A DNA stretch of 64,000 nucleotides from Octopus vulgaris (lineage: Eukaryota), in the NCBI GenBank assembly GCA_951406725.2, contig OX597818.1, positions 98,580,001 through 98,644,000 of the forward strand, given 5' to 3'. The notes below the pieces were generated by a model that ran no database searches, was not told the origin of the DNA, and saw nothing but the letters and a program-made list of their open reading frames with translations. This document shows, piece by piece, positions 29,050 to 44,207 of the stretch. The stretch's first letter is position 1. Each line of letters opens with the position of its first letter. The position numbers and the translations under genes were made by a program.

Positions 29050-29235
29050 CGGCAAGGGCACAAACCGCAGAGTGCGGCGGAGTCGGAGACTAGCAACATT
29101 CTTTGGGATTTCCCAATCCAAACAGAGCAAGTGCTATAGCATAGCAGACCGGACCTAGTGGTGGTCGACAAAATGCACCACATGTGCTATATAAGCTGAT
29201 GTTTCATGACCCACGAATAGTCAAGAAGGGAAGCG
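29050..29235 (+). mobile_element. R4/Dong RLE fragment
   Basis: ILWDFPIQTEQVL*HSRPDLVVVDK. Confidence 0.65.
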
Positions 29236-29678
29236 AAAAAATAGATGACTCCACAAGTCAGCAATACTCGGACACTGCAGGATGCCTAACTGTGTTTCCG
29301 TGCCTGTAAAGTTTATCTCGAACAGACAGTGTTTCTCGGTAGCACTGCTAGGCCAAATATTTCTGGAAGTTATCCATGGTAATACCGGACCCAAAAGTCG
29401 TCCGAAACAGTCCATCCTCGTCGACGCCTAGAGTTTCCCCGAGAACGTCAACGCTCTTTCTCGCTACTACATTTCTATATATTGCTGCCGTAGAAAAAAT
29501 CCACCGACCGTATTGCTCGACAGATAGAGAGCAGTGAGCGCCTGACGACATTCCAGATACCAAGCGCCTAATTTTGGTTTTCTTAACCCGGGATTACAGC
29601 TCCGTCAAAAGATGAGCAGCGGAAAAGAGTGCCTTACAAAAGAAAAACATACCGGCTTACCGGGGTACTAGCTATGTA

Positions 29679-30970
29679 CGAGGGGCGTTCAATAAGTAAT
29701 GCCCCTGACCCACATCCCATAGCAGTAGAGCAACAAAACTTGGCACAGTTATTAGTCTTTTTCTACATAGGAACCACTCAGAGTTACACATTTTCCCCAT
29801 CGTTTGATGCAGCTCTGGAGACCGATTTTTTAGAAGACCCCAGCTTGGTCCTCCAACCACGACGTAACTTCAGAAATCAAGGCTGCATCATCTGGGAAAC
29901 GCTTTCCTTTCAAAAATAACTTCATGGCTGGGGAGAGATGAAAATCAGAGGGTGCAAGGTCAGAAGAGTAGGGGGATGGGGGAGGGATTCATAGCCGCAC
30001 GCCTGTGCTTCTGATCTGGCGACACGCGAGTTATGGACCAGAGCGTTGTCCTGCAGGAGGGGAATGCCTTTGCTGATCTTGCCCCACCTCTTGATTTTGA
30101 TAGCTTCTCTTAATTTCCTCAAAAGTGAAGCATAATAGGCTCCTGTAATTGTGGTACCCTTTGCCAGGAAATCTGTCATCACTACTCCGTCCTAGTCCTA
30201 GAAGACTGTGAGCATGACCTTGCCAGCGGAGGGCTGCACTCTTGCTTTCTTTGGAGGAGGTGAGTCACGGTGCTTCCACTGCATTGACTGGGCTTTGCTC
30301 TCTGGATCATAGTGATGGACCCAGGTTTCATCCTGTGTAATCAGTCTTTTGAAAAATTTTGACTCATCTTCTTGGCATATCTCCAAATTCATCCTCGAGC
30401 ACTCGACGCGTTCTTGCTTCTGGAAAGGTGTGAGCAACCTGGGAATCCATCTGGCAGACACCTTTTGCATATGCAAATGGTCATGAATGATAGTTTCCAC
30501 AGACCCAGTACTAATCTTGACCTCATGGACTATTTGGCGAATAGTTATGCGTCGATCTTCCAAAATGGCAGCCTCAACTTGACGGACAGATGCCTCATCA
30601 ATGGCAGAAGGGGGGCGACCAGATCTGGGAGCTGTTTCCACAGAGTTCCGACCATGTTTGAATTTACGATAACAGCGTTTTACAAGGTCATATGATGGGG
30701 CATCACCACCATAAGTTACTTTCATTTCATCAAAAGTCTCCCGTGGTGTGCGTCCTTTCAAATACAAAAACCGGATCACTGCTCGTCATTCAACAGGCTC
30801 CATTTCACACTTGACTCAGTTCAAACACCTGTAAATCAGAAACCACAATTAGTTCAGAGCTGTAATTTGCCACTTAATCTATAGAGATATAAATAATTGC
30901 ACATGCAAAATCTTAGCTAGATCAAACAAATGCAAGTGGATCAGAGGCATTACTTATTGAACGTCCCTCG
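29679..30970 (-). mobile_element. Full-length (~1.29 kb) mariner transposon with inactivated transposase
   Basis: TIRs cgaggggcgttcaataagtaatgcc / ggcattacttattgaacgtccctcg flanked by TA; motifs WIPRLL, ITQDETW, QDNA; ATG at 30803, in-frame stops and a frameshift. Confidence 0.95.
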
Positions 30971-30972
30971 TA

Positions 30973-32200
30973 TATAACTCACATTTAGAGCCACCAACTT
31001 ACCTGCCGGAACCAAGATCGTCTGTATCTCTAAACATAATTCTTTCTGAAAAAGTTCAACAACTTCATTACCTGTCCATGTCAGACCAGAAGATGTGTAT
31101 GTCTTGTCGTCAAACATTGTGCTAAGTGCGTGTTTCCCAGAAATTCCTGTTTCAGTAATGGTTACCGCATCTACATCAAGTGATCTGAGGTTGTTGAACA
31201 AGTGACCTTGCTTCCACGCTGACCACAGACCACGCTATTCGATACATCCTACTCTGAGTGTCACCATATTTAATGGAGAAAATGAAAGGGCAGGTCACTG
31301 ACCTTTGTTATTTCGGGCGGCGAATGGTCTGTGTTCTTTTAATGTAGGTGCTCCTTGAAAGGCCCTCCTAATAACGTTTTATTTACTAATTTTCTGAAAA
31401 TTCCCACACTCCCTGTGGCCAATTTGACTTGATGTTTTTATTAAGAGTCTCTCTATAGTGTTTTGGGGGTGAATTATTTGTTTTTATTACGTTTTTGTGA
31501 TGGTTTCCTGTGCAGTCCATTAACTCCATATTGTTTTTGCTTATCGTGGTGAAATTCGCTTTTTTTGTATTTGAGTGTTTCATTCTTTCTTTTGGTAGAT
31601 TTGTTGTTGTTGTGTTTGTGTTTTCTTGTTGTAGTGCTCGTGTATGTTCTTGTTAATGAAGAGGAACCGTGGGAGGCTTGGTTGTTATAGTGACGTTGTT
31701 TTGCTGTTTAGCGTTTCAGTTGTTCTTGGTATTACTTCGGTGCATGTGCTAGTGTGACAGTTTCGGATGTTTTGGGGAGTATTGTTTACGTTTGAGGATT
31801 TTGTTGTAGAGTTATGACCGTTTGGTTTCTATTTTTGGGCCTTTCTGGTGACCACTTACCACTCTCTGGGTTCTACCGTTTTCCTTTTTTCGTTATTTAA
31901 GGATAATTCTGCAGGAAAGAAAGAAACTGCTTTCTAATTGTGTGCTTTTGTCTGAAGTTCCTCATGCTGATGCTTGCTGGAGTTGTTGATGTTTCTGTGG
32001 TATGAGTAGTAAAGAATTTTAGTTGTTTACTTTTTTGCGTGGAGACAGAAAGCCTTCTGGTGATCTGTGCCTCCACATGACTAAAACCTGGACTTTCTAC
32101 CTTTTACTACGCTCCAAGTTAATGAGCTCGAGGATTTTTTGTAAATTTCTGGAGTGAACCGCAATTCGGCTCACTTTTTGTGCTGGGTAGCTCTCATATT
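30973..32200 (-). mobile_element. Decayed L1/Tx1-like LINE (ORF1 end plus APE N-terminus)
   Basis: MVTLRVGCI..RGL..KQGHLFNNLRSLDVDAVTITET...GKLVALNV. Confidence 0.6.
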
Positions 32201-32835
32201 CATAACCTTCCCTCACACCCCCAAGTTCAATCTAAAGTAACTGAGGTTTATTTCGGGGGACTCGTTATTTAGTGTTAGCTTACATAAAAGTTTTCCTAAA
32301 TAGGACATTCCTTCAGATTGACATTCTTTTCTTGCAGAATTAGCCGTTGTTTTGCTTGCTAGCAGGCTAGTAGTGGAACGAGATTAATCCTAAACTATTA
32401 CTATTACTACATTACTCAGAAGGGATTTGGCCATGTTGGCAAATGCTTAAACGTTTGAAAGAAAAAATAGAGATTGAATGAATTTGGAATAGGTATATAA
32501 ACTCATTCCGTACTTAAAGTGTAAAGGTGCGTATTTCTGCGGATGCTCTGTTACTTTCGGTAGACAAGTCTAACCATTTTATAAGAATCTCTCGGAAAAG
32601 TAGAGGAAAATAAAGTGAAAACTCGCCAGCATAAAATCAGCATGGTTTTCACGTGTGTAGTCATTTTTTTCTCTAGTATAAATCATTTCTACTAGAAGCA
32701 CAAGGGCTGAAAGTTTGGGAGAGTGGCAAGTCAATTATATCAGCTATAGTGCTCAGCTGGTACTTAATTCATCGTCTCCTACTTTCTGGGCCAATGAAAG
32801 GTGAAGTTGATCTCTGCGAAATTTGAAGTCAGAAC

Positions 32836-33070
32836 TTAAAAATCTGGTTGTTCTACCCCTGTCGGAGCATAAACAACCACCAGTCTGAAAGCACAGACGT
32901 CGCTATTGTTTACATCCAGAACCACCAATTTACTCCTGGGTTCAGAAAGATAATCCTTATCTTGAGATCCAGTCCTCTTTGGAACGACACCGAAATTACA
33001 GGGTGATCTGGTGTTACAGAGATGAAATGTCCTTGGTAACTGGCAGCCACACTTATTCACGCTTAAGGAA
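32836..33070 (-). mobile_element. L1/Tx1 APE fragment
   Basis: KLVVLDVNNSDVCAFRLVVVYAPTGVEQPDF, overlapping by homology the region near 13460-13500. Confidence 0.65.
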
Positions 33071-33758
33071 TTGCTGGAGATGTGGTAATCTTAGCGTCAT
33101 ACCTGCGCATCATTTGCTACAACATGCTCAGTCCTCCAAGCAGCGGATGTTGACAGCAAATGCAGCACCTGACCAGTGGAATGTACCCCTTCAACAATAC
33201 GTGGAAGAGGTGGATCGTACTGCAGTAAGCAGCGAGAAAACAGTACTAACAGATGTTATAACATACAGACTGGATTGCATTTCTTTAATGGATGCGTGTT
33301 TTGAGGAAAATATATACACCACTGTGTTGTATAATGAAACTTGTTGAAGATACGATATAATACATTAACCTATATGAACTAGGTGATACGGACAAACATC
33401 TGTGACTAAAGGATCTACTTACATTATCTTCAAACAACCACAATCGTAAGTGTTTCCCCGACAATATCATTGCTCTTCCATTACAGTAAATATTGAACGA
33501 ATCATGAATAATGAATGAAATGAACCGCTGATATATTACATTCGAATGCCTTGACTACAAAGATGCCGATTTGAGACGGTCCATTGAACGTATTAGTAGA
33601 GAGTAAACTTCAAACGATACAACAGCCCGCCATTACACGTGCACGAGCACACACTCACGCACACACACATGTACTCGTATGTAATTGGCTACGGGTGTGT
33701 GTATATATACATACATGCATATATAGTACATACATGCAAGCACACACACACACACATA

Positions 33759-33850
<92 letters not shown>

Positions 33851-34174
33851 CAGGCACACACACAGAGAAACAAGTCTACACACATACACACACACTCACA
33901 CAAGATTTTCGATATAGCCCTTACAGATTTCTTAATTTGTAGGCTGCTCGTAAGCGGATAATTACCCATCGCTCTCTTGCCCATGACAGGAATACAGATA
34001 TGCTGAGTGAATATGCATATTTTACATATGTCCGTCTCTGTTGGGCCAGGGATATAAAAACAAGACAACACGGGATGGACAAGTTTCAGGAAATGCTGTA
34101 TTTGACGATTAAGGAGGAATCTTAACGTTTCGGACGCTACCTACCTACATACCTACCTACCTGTCCATCTACCC

Positions 34175-34260
<86 letters not shown>

Positions 34261-34950
34261 GCACACACACATACATACGCACATACATACATACATACAT
34301 ACACACGCACGTTCCTTTTATTCTTTTCAGCTATGCAGTCATACTTGAGCGCCACCGGGATTTTGTGCCTTTTCCACAGCTTTCCCATTCGGCTGAGTTC
34401 TCAGAATGGTGGGATTTCACCCCTCTTTCATGTGCTTTACCTTAATTGTTGGCTCATTAGACGTATGAACGAGTTTGACATTGCTGCCCCCGTCTTTACA
34501 TCAGACCAGGGCATCGTTTCGTTTAGTATCGTGGAAAGGAGAATGTCCAATTCTATTTTCAAGACACCCACAACTACCTCTTTTACTCTCTCTTACTCTT
34601 TTCACTTGTTTCAGTCATTTGACTGTGGCCATGCTGGAGCACCGCCTTTAAGTAGAGCAATTCGACCCCATGACTTATTCGTTGTAAGCCTAGTACTTAT
34701 TCTATCGGTCTCTATTGCCGAATCGCTAAGTTACGGGTAGGTAAACACACCAGCATTAGTTTTCAAGCGACGTTGGGGGAGACAAACACAAACACAGAAA
34801 CACACACACACATATATATACATATATACAGGGAAAGTTTACGAAAAAAACGAAAGACGAAGACAAGTGGTGTACAAAACAAACAGATTTATTAGTATAA
34901 CGCTCAGGAATAGAAAAAGTCTTTTACGTTCCGAGCCTACGCTCTTCTAC

Positions 34951-35031
<81 letters not shown>

Positions 35032-35053
35032 TATTTACGACGGGCTTCTTTCA

Positions 35054-36745
35054 CTTTTTGTGAATTTTTTAAATAATTGTGAGAATTGCTGTTTTGAGGA
35101 AGTGTCTTTGCCTCCGAGGATTGAACGGCTTGTATACCAGTTTTTGTGTAAGTTGTCTCCCAGTTGTGGCGTTCTGGGTTCGACCTTGGTCGGGAGTACC
35201 TAGTGGCCGGAAGATTTGATGTGTTTTTGAACTATTGACTTTCTTTCCTCTCAAGTTTTTTTGACTTTCGTTTTTCGTGAATTGTTTTATTTTTTCCTTC
35301 CATTTTATTGTGACTTTCTTTTGATTTCTTTCTTTTTAAGTTTTATTTTGAAATATTTTCGAACTGTTATTACAAAAAGAAAAATGGCAATGAAAAAAGA
35401 CAATGTTTTGGAGTGGGAAATTATACCACCCAGTGGTTGAAATACCTTGAAGAGAGGATGGGACTTACTCCAAGTCGCTCGACACCATCAAATACGCAAC
35501 GATGTGGTTGCTATTTTACACACCTGAAGAGGCTCGCAAATTTGTGAGCCAGCCCTTGGAGGGCAAAGAAATTTTGTTTCTTCCCACGTATTGTGGGAAG
35601 AGGTTGACAAGAGCTTGGGTTTGCGGGTTGCCACCAGGGATAAAACCCGAGTGAATAGAGGAGCCTATCCGCCCGGGTCTGGGTGGCAGCGGAGCCAAGC
35701 TCCTTAATGTGAAAGTTTTTCCTGCGGCTGATTGGGTTGGGTCAAAAGCGGTTTTAACCCTGTGGACCCAATCAGCCAATCTGGTTTTCCAGATATTTTG
35801 AAATGGCCGGGTGCAGTTACCCGGTGATTCTTGAGGGTCACCCCGTTTCCAGGTGTATAAAGAAAAACTGTCCCCAGGAACAAAATAAGGTCATGGAGCA
35901 GTTGGTTGAGACCTCTATAGAAGAGGGAACGAAGGCGGCCGAGAAGGCGGAGGACTCCTCAAAGAAGGTCCGCAAGAGGAAGAAGGATCCTAGGGATGAG
36001 GGAGGGTAGGCGAATCTCTCGGTCACGGAGGAGACGCACCCTCCCTCAGGTGAGAAGAAAAAAGAGGAAGAGAAACGGGACATTGCCTGCAGTCGGTGAC
36101 ATAATACCGGAATGTCCCGGAACCTCGTCGGTGGGGGTTGTGCCACTGGCAGGGGAAGAGATACTGTCGGTGGGAATTGTGCCGCCGACAGTAGAAGTGA
36201 CTACCTCGTCCCCGGAGGAAGACGAATTATTGGTCTTCTTCTGCAGAGGCGAAGAGGTGGAGAAGGTGTTGGAAAAGCACCGTAAGGGAATACCTTTAGC
36301 CTGCACACGGGATCTCGAATGGCCTCTGCAGATAGCTGTGGAGGTCATAACGTTGCTCGTGTCGCGTAGGTTGGAGGAACTCAATGAGGGATATCGCTTG
36401 TGGCCGGGTGACGCCGACACGGCACCCGCTTTGTGCTTGAATGAGGCGTGATGATGGTGGAGGATGGGGTCACAAGTGATGTTGGGGAGGAATATGGATA
36501 AGAGTTTGAAAAGCCTCAGTGTTATTGAAAGTTCCTTGTCTAGAAAAAAAGGTAAGAGGCTTAGTTATTGACTATTGGGAATAATATAAGAGATCAATGT
36601 TCTCGGGAAAGAACGATTGGCGGGCGTCGCTTTTTTCCCCATTAATCATAATTTTCATTTTTCATTTCATATAACATTATGTCTGTGTCAAGCCCGCAGC
36701 TTCCTTTCTCTATGTAAGGCCTTTATGGCCATTATAATGAAATGA
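35054..36745 (+). mobile_element. L1/Tx1-like ORF1-only (internally deleted) element
   Basis: 5' UTR, decayed ORF1-like FYTPEEARKFVSQPLEGKEILFLPTY..GLPPGIKPE..YPVILEG, 3' end tgtaaggcctttatggccattataatgaaa resembling the Tx1-like end at ~57470-57498. Confidence 0.55.
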
Positions 36746-37299
36746 AGAAGCTTGCTTCCCAACCACAGGGTTCAGGGTTCAGTCCCACTGCTGGATACCT
36801 TGGGCAAGTGTCTTCTTCTATAGCCTCGGGCCAACCAAAGCTTTGTGAATGGATTTGGTTCACGGAAACTGAAAGAAGCCCTTCTTTCGTTTTTCTTTTT
36901 ACATGTTTCAGCGATTTGACTGCGGCCATGCTGGAGTACCGCATTAAAAGGTGTTAGTCGGACAAATCAACTCCTTATTCTCTGTAAGCCAAGTACTTAT
37001 TCTATCGGTGATTTTGTCGAACCGCACAGATACGGGGACGTAAACACACAAACGTCGATTTCAAACAACGGTGTGGGGAACAAACACAAACACACACAAA
37101 TACAAACACACACAAACATATATACAACGGGCTTCTTCCAGTTTCCGTTTACCAAATCCACTCACAAGGCATAGGGAGATTGTTCGGCTCGAGGATATAG
37201 CAGAAGACACTTGCCCAAGGTGCCACGCAGTGGGACTATATTCGGAACCATGTAGTTAGGAAGCAAGCGACTTACCACACAGCCACGACTGCGCCTATG

Positions 37300-37371
<72 letters not shown>

Positions 37372-37375
37372 GATA

Positions 37376-37437
<62 letters not shown>

Positions 37438-37440
37438 GAA

Positions 37441-37521
<81 letters not shown>

Positions 37522-39099
37522 AGAGGGAAAGATATGCATGTATGTATGTATATGCATATGTATATGAATATATACATATACGCACATATATGTATACATG
37601 CATTCTGTATGTGAATGTATGTGTATTTTTTTGTATTTATCCTTTAGAGTACCCGCATTTTATCTAGTGATTAGACATCAATTGGTTACTTTCAGTACCC
37701 AGTTTCTGCCTGGTTAAACATCATCACTACATCAGCACCGCCGAAGATCATAGTGAAACGCCTGAAAACCAGAGGTCTTCTTACTTGTTTGCAACAAGAC
37801 CACATAAGCTGTGACTACCACAACGACGACGACCACATCGACAACGACGACGACAATGAAAACTATGATGAATCTTTTCTGTTACAGATACAAATCTGAA
37901 ATTTTGGGTTAGCGGGATAGTCGACTGCATCGACCCCAGTGCATGACTGGTACTTATTTCATATTTGAAATTCGATCCCCAAAGGATGAAAGGCAAATAG
38001 ACCGCAGAGAGGAATTTGAACTCAAGCGTAGAGACGGACGAAATGCCGCTAGTCGTTTTGTCCGGCGTGCTAACTCATCAGCTAGCTCGCCGCCTTGAAA
38101 TAAAGTTGACTTCGGTGGGATTTGAACGTAGAACGTAAAGCTACAAGACTTAACTACCATAATGTATCATTCCCTTCTCTATACCAGTTCAATTATCGAC
38201 CACTTTAACAACAACAACAACAACAACAACAACAATTTCTACATTTTTCACCAAAAGAAATATTACCTGACCCGTGGCAGTGTATTAAAAAGCTTGCATT
38301 CCAGCCATATGGTTCCGGGTTCAGTCTTTGTGAGTGGCACCTTGGGCAAGTGTCTTCTATTATGGCGTCGGGTCGACCAAAGCTTTGTGAGTGGATTTGT
38401 CAGACGGAAACTGAAAGACGCCCGTCGTATATACGTATGTATGTGTGTGTGTATGTGCACCTGTGTTTGTCCCCCCCCCCCCAGTAACGTCTGGTGTTGG
38501 TGTGTTTACATCCTCCGTAACTTATCAATTCGGCAAAGACGACGGATAGAATATGTAGCAGGTTTAACTAAAAAACAACTACTGGGATTGATCGATTTGA
38601 CTAAAAATTGTTTAAGGTGGTGCCCCAACATGGCTGCAGTCTAATGATTATAATAAATAAATAATCAAAAAGCTAAAATAACCACGATGAAAGATGAAAG
38701 ACGATATCATGATTTCATACATAAATACAAAACCACGAAGTTACTAGCCCTCCGAATTATTATTATATGATATGTATGACTTTCTTAAATAGAGCAATTT
38801 CAATAACTTGGCTTTAAACCGATATTTCAATAGAGCATCGCACGCAGTATACCGTGAGTTTATTGCTGTCAGATCGACACCTAAATCTGCTTCTCGAATT
38901 GTAAAGACATCAGATTCGTCGGTGAATTGAATTAGCTTTGCTTGATTATTGAATCTGCTATGGATTTATGTGTTAAGAACCATAATGCACGGTACTTGCT
39001 TTCCTTCTATAGAATAACAATTTATTTAAATGTTTGCTTATTTATTTATGTGCTTCTTTATTTACATATATTGATTCATTTAGCAGAATACTTATATCG

Positions 39100-39145
<46 letters not shown>

Positions 39146-39175
39146 TATATATATGTCTGTCTGTAAGCCTGTATG

Positions 39176-39270
<95 letters not shown>

Positions 39271-39648
39271 TTGTGTGTATATATATATGTATATATACAT
39301 GCGTGCACACACATATATGCATGTATGTATGTGTATGAATATATATAAATGTGTGCATGTTTGCATGTTTGAATGTATGAGAAAAAACCTTAAGTTCTAT
39401 AAGGAGTTCAGGTGACTCCCCCTTTTTTTATGTAACTGCATGACTTATCTCAGATGTGGAAAACACATTGACTTCCTTACGCTCCCACAATCCTGCTCGA
39501 CTCAACATTTCCCTTTTATTTATTTCTCACAGGCGATTGGTTTATTTTTAATTTGAGTTTCTTCTTTATTTGTGCAAGTGTGTTAGTTGTGTTTGTGTTT
39601 GTTATAATTCGAATTACATGGCTGGTTTAAACCGTATCAATAAATGAC

Positions 39649-39750
<102 letters not shown>

Positions 39751-39766
39751 TGTGTGAGTGTGTGTG

Positions 39767-39796
<30 letters not shown>

Positions 39797-39802
<6 letters not shown>

Positions 39803-40058
39803 TAAATAAATGGAGTTGAACGCAGATGCTATTCAAATTCTTTTACTTTCGACATATGTTTCGAAGACAACGTTGGTTTTATTCCAAAGGTTATAATGTT
39901 TTGTTGTTGAGATAGGTTCTCTTTCTTTCCTGACGAGAAGATTGCATTTTTTACACCGTTTATCCCTTTGGAATAAAACCAATGTTGTCTTCGAAACATA
40001 TGTCGTAAGTAAAAGTATTTGAATAGCATCTGCGTTCAACTCCATTTATTTACTTATA
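39797..40058. repeat. ~94-bp inverted repeat overlapping the family E HHR, next to (TA)n
   Basis: 39797-39890 vs 39965-40058, few mismatches. Confidence 0.9.
39925..40009 (+). ncRNA. Type I hammerhead ribozyme motif with long stem II (family E)
   Basis: ctttc-CTGACGA-gaaga...tcttc-GAAA-catatg-TC-gtaag; the inverted copy at 39846-39868 preserves the pairing gaaag. Confidence 0.8.
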
Positions 40059-40182
40059 CTATACAAATTACTGCACATTAACCCGGAGTTTCTTTCATGT
40101 TACTTGCGTAAATTTTGCTGCCCTGGTAACTGTTTATTGAATTTTCCATGTTAACGGTAAACAAAGGATAATTCATTCATCC

Positions 40183-40260
<78 letters not shown>

Positions 40261-40527
40261 ATTTAGTTCGAAGAAATTTAGATCAAATTAATTCAAAATC
40301 TGTTTATCCAAGTTATCAGGAAGGTTATGTCATGTTATTAAGGACATAACGTTACTGGTTCGAATAACACGAAATAGAGAGAAAACATAGATACAAAAAA
40401 AAAAAAAAACTTCTCGATATTTGGATAATTAAGCATATAAAGAAACAGCAATTCTCACAATTATTTTTAAAGTTCACAAAAAGTGAAAGAAGCCCGTCGT
40501 ATATATGTATATATATATATATATATA

Positions 40528-40611
<84 letters not shown>

Positions 40612-40663
40612 CACAGGTATGAGAACGAATACATACACGCAGGTTGTGGTGTGTGTGTGTGTG

Positions 40664-40729
<66 letters not shown>

Positions 40730-42837
40730 GTGTGCAGCGTCCTTAAATGCGCAGAAGTCCTTAAATGGGTTTCGCTGCTGCCAGTATAACAACTAGATTG
40801 TTTAACTCGAGCAATTTTAAGGTTTTGTTCTAAACATCCTTTACAAGATACTGCTCTGATATTGTGTTGTCTCGCGAGGCCATTAAGATTTGCATGTCCA
40901 TGATAGTACCATCAAAGTACATATCGTTAAAAGTTATATGTTATATACCGATAGTCCTTAAGATCCTTCGTTCCAAATAAATGCGGTATCAGGTTGTGTG
41001 CAAGTATTTAACGAACAATTTGGATTGCGCTTTCACCTCGTCCTCTTTTTAAATGATTACACTATAAAGTGCCATATGCCCTCCCTCTACCATTGATGAT
41101 TTCACTTAAAACACTTGCCAGTCTTCCCTGGATGAAACAAGAGATTGCTACATAGCCTTGGTGAAGCAAGGTTGGATCGGATTATATATGATTTTTAGAG
41201 GGACGCGTCTTCCTCAGTTCCAGATTCAAATTCTACCCAGGTCAAATATACTTTTTATTATTTTTTTTTTTATATAGTAGCCAACTCTCAGTGCCTATAT
41301 CATACACAATTATAGGCTGGCGCCTTTCATGTGAACAAAAGTGATGCTAAACTAAAATTTCAGCAAACTTTCCATATTGAAGATTTAACTTGTTTTGTTT
41401 GAAAGCCATTTGTAAAGGATAAGATTTAATTCCCCCATTTTTACGTCTGAATTAATGTGTATATACGCATTGTCGTTGTTGCTATTGATATTTCTACTCG
41501 GCAGAAACGTTAGCGCGCCGGGCGAAATGCGTTGCCGTATTTCATCTGCCGTTACGTTCTGAGTTCAAATTCCGCCGAGGTCGACTTTGCCTTTCATCCT
41601 TCCGGGGTCGATAAATTAAGTACCAGTTACGCACTGGGGTCGATGTAATCGACTTAATCCGTTTGTCTGTCCTTGTTTGTCTCCTCTGCGTTTAGCCCCT
41701 TGGGGGTAGTAAAGAAATATACATATTTAATTTCGATGTTAAAATGTTAGCAACTTGATTTTGTTCCTAGTCACAACGAATGTTTTCGATTGTTTTCCGT
41801 ATATGAAATGCGTTATTTTATATATTTTCAATTTTCTTCCTGTGGATGTGCCATAAAATATATCGTAGTTATTTTAGTACATGAATGACGTAAAGAGAAA
41901 AATCATAGAAAATTAACTTAGTTCAAAAACAGAAACCTAATTTATATTTCCATTTGTTAACCTCTGTAGGGGGAAAACAAACAACCTGAGTACTGATAAT
42001 TTTGATAAAAACTTTATTTTGTCTACCAAACCACCTATTTCTTTACTACCCTCAAGGGGCTAAACACAGAGAGGACAAACAAGGACAGACAAACGGATTA
42101 AGTCGATTATATCGATTCCAGTGCGTAACTGGTACTTATTTAATCGATCCCGAAAGGATGAAAGGCAAAGTTGACCTCGGCGGAATTTGAACTGAGAACG
42201 TATCGGCAGACGAAAATCTACCAAAACACCTACTTCGAAAAGCAAGTTATCGTTAACATTTACTTCGTTGGCAATTACTGATGACGACGACGACGACGAT
42301 GATGCATCAGGGTGAAAGAAAAAGAGAGGGAAATTGATAAATACGAGGATTATCTGAGAAAACTGGCCTTTAAAGGATATAGTTATCAAACAAATTTTGG
42401 CTTCTGTCTCTTAAGGACCAAAAGTAAGGAGCAAAACCTGTACTGCAGCTAGTTCTCTTTCCAGCCTGCTAATGCATTGAAAGGTGGAACGTATTTCACA
42501 ATGTCAATCAAATTACATTTCAAAATTTCGTTTTCTCCCTATAAGAAGAAAATTAACATAATAGATGAATGTGAGAGACAGTAACAATATTAGAATGAAT
42601 ATAAATAAATTTGTTTTTGTAGTTACATCTGATTATTTTACGTATGTGTTGTGTTGGGACCGGCTTTTGCCAAAGGATAGTCAAGTTTTCTCTGCTTGTC
42701 GTAAAAGGCGATTAAAAGGGGTTGATGTAGGGGTTTGTGCTCCAACGTCGAAAAAGCACTCTCACCAGCAACAACTACTCAAACAGACCCACGACACATG
42801 TCCTCCTCCTCCTCCTCCTACTACTACTACTACTACG

Positions 42838-42938
<101 letters not shown>

Positions 42939-44103
42939 CTTTCACATCAAAATTTTACCAGAGATAGCTGTGAATTTTATCTCACCGGGGTTGTTACAGT
43001 CGTTTTTAACCTATGCCAGCTCAGACAGAGCAACTGGAAGGTAAAAGGTATTCTACTTGTGATCAACCCTAATTTGTTAAGGGTATTTATGGAGCTAAAA
43101 TTGTCCAATATCTTCATTTTTTTAAGGCATTAAGATGTAATTTGCAAGAAATTTGGTTAGTATTTTTGCCGTTCGACTAAAGAAGTAGGCACACTTTTGC
43201 TGGTGTTGAGAACATAGGTACCAGTAATATGCAATAGTATATTTAATCAGCCAAGACCCTAGTATTTCCAAATTAATCTTAAAAGATATCACAAAAAGAA
43301 AACAGTGTCGAAAAAAGGTAAACTTAGACTGCGAATTATACACCCGTTTAAAGTTAATTCAAATCACGTACGTTACTAATACCTATTTCTTTATTACCCA
43401 CGAGGGGCTAAACACAGAGGGGACAAACAAGGACAGACAAACGGATTAAGTCGATTATATCGACCCAAGTACGTAACTGGTACTTAATTTATCGACCCCG
43501 AAAGGATGAAAGGCAAAGTCGACCTCGGCGGAATTTGAACTCAGAACGTAACGGCAGAACGTAACAGCATTTCGCCCGGCGTGCAAATGATTCTGCCAGC
43601 TCGCCGCTTTCTACGTTACTAATACCATTTGGAAATGCTTCACTATAAGTGTTTCATTTGCTAAGAATTACAGAAACAGTACCTAGTCACAAAGACCAAA
43701 ATACCGAATATTGCGGTATTCGTCCTGAGAGAAACCTTCATACAGAGGCACAGTGCTAAGAGCACAAGAGAGTGCTGAAAAGTTATTGGCTTTAAAGGCA
43801 TCACGGAAAGGCTTTCCGAGTTCATTTACAGGGCTTAGAAAAACTGAAGAATCGCTGCAATAAGTGTGTAAACCTGAGAGCCGAATATTACTCTCTTTAC
43901 TATTTACTCTTTTACTTGCTTCAGTCATTTGACTGTTGCCATGCTGGAGCACCGCTTTTAGTCGAGCAAACTTATTCTTTGGAAGCCTAGTACTTATTAT
44001 ATCGGTCTCTTGCCGAACCGCTAAGTTACGGGTATGTAAACACACCACCATCGGTTGTCAAGAGATGTTCGGGGAACAAACACATAAACACACACACACA
44101 CAC

Positions 44104-44173
<70 letters not shown>

Positions 44174-44174
44174 G

Positions 44175-44204
<30 letters not shown>

Positions 44205-44207
<3 letters not shown>

